Part shown: in pieces, positions 54,001 through 64,000 of the stretch
Position numbering within the stretch: position 1 is the stretch's first letter
How the letters are laid out: each line of letters begins with the position of its first letter
Assembly: GCF_006345805.1 (NCBI RefSeq)
Contig: NC_042997.1
Location: 89,218,001 to 89,282,000 of the forward strand
From: Octopus sinensis
Lineage: Eukaryota
Direction of reading: 5' to 3'
DNA: 64,000 nt
Made by a program: the position numbers and the translations under genes
The notes under the pieces: generated by a model
The model's input: only the letters and a program-made list of their open reading frames with translations
Databases searched by the model: none
Told to the model about the DNA's origin: nothing

Positions 54001-54754
54001 TGTTTTTCTTCAACAAGAAAAAAAAAAAGAAAAAAAAGTACTTCCATTCTGCAAGTATTTCATAATTATTGCTTGCATTTTAATCCACTATGCCCTTACA
54101 TCATTCACCAAAGATTTATCTTTGGCTCACAGCTTTAGTTTATAGATAATAGCAGAATAGCTAACCTTAACCCAAAACATTCATGCCCATCATTCTTCTA
54201 TAAAAATGTGAGATGTTATCACTGACTCTACTTTTTAGAAGATTTTAGCTTTGATTTTATTCTAAAAATTTTTTCTAAACAAACTGTCCACTAAAATTCA
54301 CAAACTACATGACCACTAATAATTTAAACATTCCCATCTTTCATGTTATAGCTAAATCAGAATATTCTCTGGTCATCCTCAGATGAGTAAGAACATTCTG
54401 ATTTTGTGAGATGCAATCAAATAATGATTTCAATCCAAAAGACATAAATATAAAATATATGCAGAAATGTAGAATTGTAACAGCTACAAGGCTTTTGTTC
54501 AATCTCTAACACATGTATTAACCAATTTAAGAGTAGCTCGACAAGATTTTAAGTTATTAACAAGCAAACATTTTACAGTGGAACTATTACATTTTCTGAA
54601 AAATACCAATGTAAAGTTTTCAAGTTTTGTAAATTTATTCTTTTTTTTTTTAGCTTTATAACCTTTTTGCATTATGCAAAGAGGGTTATCAAAATTATTA
54701 AGCAGTCTAATTAAATAAATTGACTATATTAAAAGTGTATAAATTCAAACTCAC

Positions 54755-54829
54755 TTGGTTTGACTGAAAAATCACCCAATTTTGGTGGTGAACCAATTAT
54801 GTCAATTTGCTAAAGTAACTCCTGAACTT
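54755..54829 (-). other. Candidate 75-nt non-coding leader exon
   Basis: tatttttgcag| acceptor, caa|gtgagt donor; stops in all three frames. Confidence 0.4.
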
Positions 54830-56009
54830 CTGCAAAAATAAAAATGAAAGACTTCTTATGCATTCCTGATCTAACAACTGTAATTCCTACTTTACAAATT
54901 CTTGGAAAGAATTATAAAGCAACTTTGAGGATGAAAATGATCTAAGCAAAACCCCAGTTTACCATGACAGAATATAAAGAAGTGTTATGTAATGCTAGTA
55001 CATAACAATATCAATATTTCTTGAACTTGCTTTAACTTTATAATGCAATATAGAAGAATTTATATATAATGATTAGCTTTACCTATGATTTTATAAAAAA
55101 AGGTAAAGTTTTTATAAAGGCTTGACTATTTCAAAAGACAAATATTCAAATGTGTACACGTGTATGCACAAGCACTTTTAATATTTAATAGCTATTTCAT
55201 TGTATTAGCCAGTGTTGGTTTGTCTTTAATAGCAATTAAACAATTCTAACATGTTTAAAACACCTCAAAATACTAAAATTACTTTTTTTCCTCAAAAGAG
55301 ATGTCAATCATTTTGTTGCAATCAGATCTGTTCTCAAATAGATCATTCCAATGTTTTGTTATAATATTCCTAATGAAATACACTGTCCATGTGTTTCAAT
55401 TAATTTTGAAAACAAATAAAAAAAATTTGAATGAGTTTAGTAAAATATCTAATTTCATTATTAAGATACTTAAAACCTAACTTAGGAAATTTTCTTAAAT
55501 GAAATTATGATGGAAGGTTCATATTAGTGAACCAGAGGCAGCTTGGAATCAAAATGGTTAATTTGAGATTAGAATGCCTGAAAATTAATCCTTTCAAATA
55601 CTGATAGTAAGCATTGATATTAAGTTAGTAAGTAAAGCTTAGTTAACTTCATTAGGTAACACAATTCACTAAACTAACCAGTTCAGCTAGCATCTCTATG
55701 ATTTTTCTCATAATTTGGAAGAGAGGTATTTAAAAATGCTTTCATGTTTTACTCATTATAAAATTAATTTTCTCTAAGAAGAATATTAAATGACAACTCA
55801 AACTAAATTTTTGAAGAAATTAAAATAAAACATTAAAATGACTTAAAATGAAAAAAAAAACTGAAGTAAAAATAAATAAAAATGTTTACAAAGATTTTTA
55901 CAGATACAGTGGGGTCGAGAATATTAAATCTGTTAACATTATATAAACATGATAGACCCCATGACATCTGCTCTAACTAAACATTGACTCACAAAGCATT
56001 TATACTTAC

Positions 56010-56457
56010 TCCAGTACAGGATCACAAGCAGTGCATCAAAATACTTGAAGTATTCCATGAAAAATGCTGATTCTGATGATCATACACAATGTAGATGTTC
56101 ACTAAACCAAGGCAGACACTCAGCAGTAAATGTTAGCAGTAGACAGAAACACAAGGCCACAACAAGTATGTAGTCAGAGATGCCACCAGGTCCAAGAATT
56201 GAGGTGTTGCGACCTCCTACATGACCAGAAAGTCAAGGGGTGGGTTATAACAGAATCTACCCGGCTCGACCATGGTCAAGAGGAGAGTGCAATGTGTGAC
56301 AGCCCTCGCCTCTGCCGGACCAGATGACAACAGTGAATGGCGATACGCACGCCAGTAAGTCTGAGAGCAGAGACAAAAAGTCATCAGTCTTACTAGCATA
56401 CTTCGCTATGCACTTCAAGCATAGAGTACCCTGGTCGTCAGATGCCGAAGTACAACC
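56010..56457 (-). other. Candidate non-coding 5' leader exon of DGCR8, GC-richer and highly structured
   Basis: Acceptor ttgttattcag| at 56458, donor gga|gtaagt at 56009; visibly GC/CpG-richer than the flanks; no long ORF; same strand as and ~9.3 kb upstream of the first coding exon. The link to DGCR8 is inferred. Confidence 0.6.
56332..56414 (-). ncRNA. pri-miRNA-like hairpin (candidate Microprocessor substrate)
   Basis: Hand fold gives 27 bp over a 31/33-nt stem with a 19-nt apical loop, a UG at the basal junction and a CAUC (CNNC) downstream. Confidence 0.55.
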
Positions 56458-56751
56458 CTGAATAACAATGATAATCAGTAAATAAGCATCGTGCTACATG
56501 ATCATCAATGAATTAAGAGTTACATTAATAGTTAGTGGAATTAACAGTGGCTATAGCTAATAGGGTAAGACTTCTGTAAGAAGGCAAATATCACAAATCA
56601 CTAAGATCAAACATGATTTGGCATGGCTCATCTTAATCTCAATAACTAGTTTAACAAAATAGTGTTTGCATGCATTTATATCAACATGTGCAAATAACAG
56701 AAACTGGAATGCAAAATTTTTTGAGATTTACATTATGTTTGTGTATATGTG

Positions 56752-56754
<3 letters not shown>

Positions 56755-56799
<45 letters not shown>

Positions 56800-56842
56800 T
56801 ATACATATATATATATATATACATATATATACATATATATAT
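56755..56842. repeat. (TA)n microsatellite
   Basis: Directly visible; other (TA)n tracts near 30515, 32650, 58470, 60550-60612, 61529-61552, 62086-62103, 62676-62728; (GA)n at 58920-58958. Confidence 0.95.
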
Positions 56843-58457
56843 GTTAGAGATTCAGTGAACAAAAAAAAAAGAGAGATTACTTCATTGATAATGATCCAAT
56901 TTAACCTGATGTAGATAAACAAGTTTGCACATGCGGCTGAACTATTTTCATCAAGAAACCATAAAATAGATAATTTGTGCATCTTCATCCATGTGAAACT
57001 TCAAAGAAATAATACTTCTGAATATATATTGAGTGGAATACATAATAGTAACAATCATACATATCCTAGAAACATTGAAATCAGTTTAAATATAATTCAT
57101 AAACTTGCATAATAATTTTTATTTTTTTAAATTAAGAAACATGAAAAGGTTGGTGTTATATTTTCAAACTATCAGCATCCCTAATTAACTTATTTAAGAA
57201 TTTATTACATAGAAATTTTTACTTCACACCAAATTTTCAAACAGCACAATAGAAAATTGAACAGACATATAGTTATTATGCTTTTAGTAATATCAAAGAT
57301 TTGAGAGTAAGGAGAAAGAAAAGTATAAAAATTAAATAGAGAGGTGAATGATTAAATTTCTACTTAGTAATGAGTTTTAATTTAGATAATTGACATAAAA
57401 GAAAACAAACCTTTAAAAAATACTTTATAATAGTTAATACTACACATTCTATTTTTATAAAATCTAATTCATGTTCATGCTGTTGTTTTCCTTCAAATTC
57501 AATAGAAATAAAAACTTTTTACCATGCTAACCGATGTTTCTACGAATTAAGATATTGGCACCAACTGAATACATTAATATCCAACTATGAAGTGGACATG
57601 GTACATATTTTCAGCTAGGTTTACAGAAGTAAATGCAATGAGGTCTAAGCAACAGAACATTCTGGACCCAAAGCCCAGTACCTTAACCACAGTCACTGAC
57701 TCACATGAATACTAAACCATATCAGATCTGAAAATTCTTCTCAGTATGCTCAAACAGGCAAGAAACTAATTTATAAAGACAAAAACCAAAGACTTAGCAA
57801 AAACTCTTAAACCACATAAATACAAAAATGTTATGAAGAAATAATTTTCTACACAAAGGATAACTGAAATTAAATTAAGTACTAAAATGGCCCTTAAGCA
57901 ATACATTGGCACTTCCTGATTAAAAAATAGCAATCAGAACTTCAAAAAATTTCCATTGAAAATAACCAGAAATTACATGGAATAAGATATCGTAAAAGTG
58001 TCTTCTTGGTTTATAAATAAAGCAATAAAAGATAATTAACATTTTGGGATTTAAAAAACAAGAGCTTGAGTTCAAACTTTGATTCATCCACCCAATCTTT
58101 AGATATACTTGCTTGCTTATAACCTCATAGTTCAGTAGTTAAAGTCTTACATATAAAGTTTTAAAATACTTCTAACATCTTACTGTTCATGAAAATCTAA
58201 GGTATAAAAACAGTATTTAAGATTTAGGCACTAACTGCTATAAATATGACATTTGATTATGTACTGCAAAATTAATGTGGCTCCAAGCAGAAATATTATC
58301 TAATCACATCTCTAGACTTAAAAACAGCTATAAAAATAATTACAGTATTCTAAGATGCTTCAAATAACCTTTAGAAAGGCAAACAGAAAACAATGTTCAA
58401 AGAGATTTCAATTTGGAATTACTGAAAACAAATCAAAATATAAAGACTTGCTGATAA

Positions 58458-58524
<67 letters not shown>

Positions 58525-58916
58525 TGTGTGTAGGAAAAAAATGGATCAACTAAAAGAAAAAAGCAAGCTACTTTGTTTTCATGAACTCCAGATGAAGTTA
58601 GTTAATTTAGAAATATGATCTACTTTAATTCATATGATTAATTTTAACAGTTGTTGATTTGCATATTAAAATAGATACAGGAGACAACTTAGTTAATTAG
58701 TGATTCTCAATACATTTTTGAAGTGCAAGAAATTTTAAAAGAAACATTTTATTATGCAAGGCCATAAGTATGAGGTTAAGTCCATCATGCAAGATAGCAT
58801 TTTAAGAAATGCAATAATACTACTAGAAATGTAAAATTAAATCCAGTAAAATTTATTGTTGGTTAACTTAGGATTAACATATCTGCATTTTAAACAAAAC
58901 GGAATATATATATAGA

Positions 58917-58960
<44 letters not shown>

Positions 58961-60546
58961 CCATATATGAGAGAGAATAAAACACCTACATTCAACATTT
59001 TGTGGCAGACTTTTGGAATGGCTATAACATTATGGGGGAGGAAAAGGGCAAAGAATTGGGAGACTACTTTTTCGTTTTTGTTTATTTTGTGTTCCATACA
59101 CTAAAAATTACAATTTTGAAAGGATTTTATCCCAAAAACATTTCAATTTCCTGTTTCCCATTTCCCTTCCATGTCTTTTTCCTTCCTCATGTGGTACTGA
59201 TAGCTATTCTGAAAGGCCACCCATTTATTATTTCTGCAGTTTATTTCACTGGCATGTTTTGATTTGACTTCCACTTGATTAGATCCTGAATTATTTTCCT
59301 AATATAAAGTAGAGACAGGTCATACAATTCTGTCAGACCATTTGAAAAGAAATCTGTTTGTAGTTTACTATATGATTTATTAGGTTCAATAGATTTATTT
59401 ATGGTGAGTCCATGAGTTCTCGTCCTACCGGGTTCTCTCATATATGTACTCCTTATAGTGCATGTTACATTTTGGTAATATTAAATTCAATATGTAGTCA
59501 ATCAATTCTAATTTTAAATGTGACTAGGCCTTCATAACATTGACAATTTGCTAAGCAGACAGTTGCTGCATTGTTCATGCTTGCAACTAAGAATAAATCA
59601 AAAGTGTTCAAGTTGCCAAAATTAATCCAAAGGTACTAGATTACAGACTGGATTTTTCTTTCTGACATAGAATGGGTGTTTTTTTTTTATTATTATTACA
59701 TGGAAAATAGTAGACTAAAGGTAAACAGCATAAATGAAGGCTCAAACGTATGTCTCAGTGAGAAACTTTTAATTAATTTGAATATATAAAAAATTTAAGA
59801 GTAATATATTCAACTAATTAGGTACATTGCAGCTTCATTTCTTTCTAGATATAACATTTGCCTCCATTTTGAAAAAAGTAAACAACTAACAACTAGAAAT
59901 TAAACTTTTCAACATACTCAGCTGACAAAGAGATTGGCACTACCTGAAAAACAGATAAACGATAACATTTTCAATGTTAGAATACAATGCTTTGGAAGCA
60001 TCTCTCATACTTTATCAAATATTAACAATTTATTTTCTTTTGACTATTAAGCGTTAAGGCACATTTAATTGAAGAAAATTTGTCAATTATATCAATCCTA
60101 GGACTTATTCACTTCAAAATTTAAAGCAGAATCAATTCCAACACGATTTTATCAGCAAACCAAATCAGACAAACATGAAATAACTAAAATATATTTATAG
60201 TATAATAGCACTGCATAGCTTTGAGTAGTTTGTGCAGTCATATCTCAAAAAAAAAAAAAAAAAAAGAAGTGGGGGCGAGTTTTGGTGATAGACCTGTAAT
60301 AGCATAAGCAGAAGTGGGGTCATGTCACCATATTTGTAAAATGTTTGAGGCATCACCATTTTTAGTACAATTAGCTATCTTATAAAATTTATTCATAAAA
60401 ATATTATGAAATATGAACAAAAGCAAATTTATGATTTTGAGAAGGTGAAAATTTGTTACCAATACACATTAAGTGTGTGTATATATATATATATCGGTGA
60501 GCGTATTAATTAATTAGGCGTTAAAACAGAATGACTCTCCCCAGAC

Positions 60547-60619
<73 letters not shown>

Positions 60620-60649
60620 TTGAGTTGTGGGGTATCGTACGAGTGGGAT

Positions 60650-61535
60650 TATATATGAAAAAAGGTTTGAAAATGCAATTTAAACGATGTTTATTTACTT
60701 AACCGGTTTCACTCTTTGGTAAAAGATTGTCAAAAGTAACATTGAATATTATGGGTTCAAAAAAAGTTTTTTACATAATTGTCACATTGAATATTATGAA
60801 TTCAAAAATGTTTTTTTATACATAATTGTCACATTACATGTATAAATATAGTATTGTTGTGGGTGTGTATATATGTGTGTGACAAACAGACGCTGTCTGA
60901 CCAGCAGGCACACGGACACATCTATTCACACCCGCATACTCACCTCCCAATAACCCCAAAATCACTGATGCTTGAAGGGGAAGTATAAACCAAACTGGGT
61001 ACACATCTTTTTTTCTCTCTCAATTCAACTTTTCTGCTGAAACAAACAGGTCAGTAAAAAACAAATTCTCGCCTTCGATTCAAAATATTCTGAGATGTCT
61101 AAAATATCCATTTTAATTTTCTCTGTCAATATTACAAGCTTTCTCACCAAACTATTACACTTCCTTATGTCTTTAACATGTCCTTTCTACCAAAGACTGT
61201 ATATATATACATGTAATGTGACAATTTGCGACAACCAATAATTAACGCAACCAAATTTCCAATAATATATTTGTTTTATTCTTTTCTGCCAATTTTTACA
61301 AATATTCTCATCACACTATTGAACTTTTTTATACTATATTTATACATGTAATGTGACAATTATGTATAAAAAAACATTTTTGAATTCATAATATTCAATG
61401 TGACAATTATGTAAAAAACTTTTTTTGAACCCATAATATTCAATGTTACTTTTGACAATCTTTTACCAAAGAGTGAAACCGGTTAAGTAAATAAACATCG
61501 TTTAAATTGCATTTTCAAACCTTTTTTCATATATA
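60650..61535. repeat. Perfect 205-bp inverted repeat with 476-bp spacer; each arm has a decayed hammerhead-like motif
   Basis: 60650-60854 is the exact reverse complement of 61331-61535 (checked by eye). Confidence 0.9.
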
Positions 61536-61552
61536 TATATATATATATATAT

Positions 61553-62014
61553 ACAATTTATAAGTAAGGGCAAAAGAAAAAAATTCTAATGCCAAAATAT
61601 GCCGAAAATAGAGACAATGTCAATAACCATGTAATTAATCACTACAAGCACGTGTTTCAAAGAAAGCCGACAGAAATTTCTAAAAAATTCCGTTATTACC
61701 ATATCGGACCCGATTTCAGAGTTAGTTCATAAGAACCTTCTCTTCATCAGTGATAAATGCAGTAAAGAAATAAGTGAAATACTTACTTATACCCAGGTAT
61801 AAGTAAGTATTTCACTTATTTCTTACTAAGGTTCTTATGAACCAACTCTGAAATCGGGTCCAATATGGTAATAACGGAATTTTTTAGAAATTTCTGTCGG
61901 CTTTCTTTGAAACACATGCTTGTAGTGATAAATTACATGGTTATTGACGTTATGTCTATTTTCGGCATATTTTGGCATTAGAAATTTTTTCTTTTGCCCT
62001 TACTTATAAATTGT
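61553..62014. repeat. ~460-bp near-perfect palindrome (hairpin element)
   Basis: Arms ~95% identical, centre tatacc-ca-ggtata at ~61795; a 21-nt segment (61740-61760) is present only in the left arm. Confidence 0.92.
61702..61755 (-). ncRNA. Minimal type I hammerhead ribozyme (Penelope-type)
   Basis: uauca-CUGAUGA-agag aag guuc uuau gaac uaa cucu-GAAA-ucgg-GUC/cgaua: intact core, 4+4-bp stem II, short stem III, GUC cleavage triplet, 4-bp stem I. Confidence 0.7.
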
Positions 62015-62672
62015 TTATAAATTTAACCTTTAAAGGTATTTTTTAATATGCTGGCCATTTCGAAAAATCCTATCCTATATTTTATATATATATATATATA
62101 TATAAAGGATGACAAAAGCACTTGAGATAGATTACACTCGGAATATTTTTGGTAATCTTTCGATAAAAGTCTATGACATCATGAGTGAGTGTGACATTGT
62201 CTTTCATCTGCTTGATAGAGCTCAAGTCAAACACACACTAGTACAGTCACTCATGACTGATGTAATGTACTAAATACCGAAACATTACTTCCCCAAAATA
62301 AAAATAAATAAATAAATAAAACAACTGCAATAGTAATGCTACCCTCCAGTACTCTTAGAATTGGTAATATGTAAGAGAAGGGAGAAAACAAACACTAGCG
62401 TAAGGTCTTAGAGTGGAAATCATACAAAGTGCTTGCAGGTTTGTTTTGAAAACAAAAATTTTAATGAAAACCTAGAATAGGATTTTACCACACACACACA
62501 CAGTTTAATTGTAATTAAAAAAAAACTTAGTTTGGAAAAGAGGGTGTTAATGTAGGAGTTTCGCATATATATTTAACCAAAAATGTTATCTAAAATATTA
62601 GTTTTATCCAACATTTGTTAACCGATTAGGTTAATTGAGGTAACAATAGGTACCAGCTTTGAATTTCACAGG

Positions 62673-62734
<62 letters not shown>

Positions 62735-64000
62735 GCACGCATGCAATTTAATTTGCTTGTGTATTTTCAAGCCTCTAAAATTATACATCAAATTCATTTG
62801 TAAAACAAAGATAAAAAGTAAAGGAAAAACATGTAAAAAAAAAAAAAACTGTCTGTATGCCACTGTCTTTGCATGGTCATTCGACCTGCTGAGAATGACA
62901 GTCAAATCTCAACTGGAACTCGTCTTTATAAGTAACAAAAACGACACATTAAATGTGTATCCCAAAAAAATCATTATTGAACTAATTAACTTTCATTACA
63001 TTTAGCTTCTAACTCAAGTCCATTAACCCAAAAATTTCATAAAAATCGGTAAACGTTTAAAAGTTTCTTTTGTTTTCAGATTGCCCTAGCATATTTAATA
63101 TTGTACATATCATTCTTTCAACCCTGATATAACGCTACTTATTATAAATAACTTGTAGGGCCTCATTTGGCCCTGCTTGGATTTGAAACCAAATCCACCC
63201 ACTTGTTGCTTGCAAAGACAGCAGGGAAACTTCTCTGTTCTGTCAAGAGGAAACAGTCTCCACCACCCCTCCAACCTTTCTTTTCTAGAAAAAAGTGGCT
63301 TGCAGCAGGTTTGGAGGTTAGATACACCTGAAAAAAAAATACTGTGGAAAAAAATTATTCCACACCGAGGTACAAAATATTTACCAAAAGAATAAAATCT
63401 TGTACCAATTATACCTGTATTTTAATTAATTCAAATTAATGTACCTCATCTTGAAAAGTGGCAAAAGTTTTGTCAAACAGGTAAGATCCAATAAGAATTT
63501 AAATTTTAGTGTTTATCCATAATGCTATTGTTTTTATACCTGTTAATTAAATTTACCTGCCCATAAGATCAACAAGATCAGCTAAAATCACAACTATAAA
63601 TCAGTGGTATATAAAGCACCCACTGACAAAATTTCAAATCTATGTAAAAAATTTAGTTACAAGCAAATATGACCCTGAATAATTCAAAATAACGTAAACA
63701 AATAAGCATTACATCTGACAGGTTAATATGAACACTATAGATGTTTTTTTTTCTTACACACACATAACACGGCCTCACTCGGTTGGGACTTCACGTGTGT
63801 TACTTTGACATCATCATTCCATAAAATTTGTTTATGGGAAGAATACTGAAAAATATCAATAGATGTGTAAATGATGAAGAAATTAGGAGGGAGATTTGGG
63901 GATGTGCTAGAAACAGCCAGATCTCCCTTAAATCACACATTTTCCTCTGAAATTATTAACAATTTGTTTTTTAAACCGAAAATGTTTCTCTCGCGGGTTT

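Noticed and set aside
56217-56399. 60-aa ORF in the GC-rich exon as a separate protein gene
   Set aside because: No recognisable domain, and the sequence is better explained by RNA structure; kept only as a possible uORF.
56666-56988. ORFs rich in YI/IY repeats (also 58355-58618, 62666-62905, 30455-30679)
   Set aside because: These are translations of (TA)n, (CA)n and (GA)n microsatellites.
59918-59943. Possible 26-nt micro-exon (cag|...|gtatgt) and a possible exon starting at 63327
   Set aside because: Splice-like signals only; the donor is weak or the segment is too short to distinguish from chance without RNA data.
60855-61330. Spacer of the perfect inverted repeat as a Penelope ORF fragment
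   Set aside because: One minus frame vaguely resembles a PLE N-terminal region but has stops and no RT or GIY-YIG motif; cannot be supported without a search.
1-64000. CRISPR arrays, rRNA, bona fide tRNA genes, prokaryotic operons
   Set aside because: None seen. The tRNA-like A/B boxes belong to SINE heads and do not form complete cloverleaves.

Overview
Eukaryotic, AT-rich, repeat-dense genomic DNA. The tRNA-derived SINEs, RTE-LINE (GAT)n tails and (TA)n runs look like an octopus or other coleoid cephalopod genome; this is inference from pattern recognition, not a database hit. One protein-coding gene occupies most of the window on the minus strand: DGCR8/pasha, the Microprocessor dsRNA-binding subunit. 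I assembled it by hand from 16 GT-AG coding exons (46504 to 4192). All phases are compatible and they sum to 2040 nt, or 679 aa plus stop, covering an acidic N-terminus, WW motif, heme-binding IPCLHY cysteine, two dsRBDs and the C-terminal tail. Upstream are candidate non-coding leader exons. One is a GC-richer 448-nt exon (56010-56457) that folds into a pri-miRNA-like hairpin plus two more long stems, a candidate Drosha/DGCR8 autoregulatory cassette. The introns hold a full-length decayed Ty3/Gypsy LTR element, two piggyBac deletion derivatives, a TTAA-MITE family, mariner and Tc1 remnants, RTE and CR1/L2 LINE fragments, many SINEs and several long inverted repeats. A set of inverted-repeat elements (27.8-28.6 kb and 60.6-62.3 kb) carries Penelope-type minimal hammerhead ribozyme motifs, one with an intact catalytic core (61702-61755, minus strand). 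All folds and alignments were done by eye and need computational confirmation.
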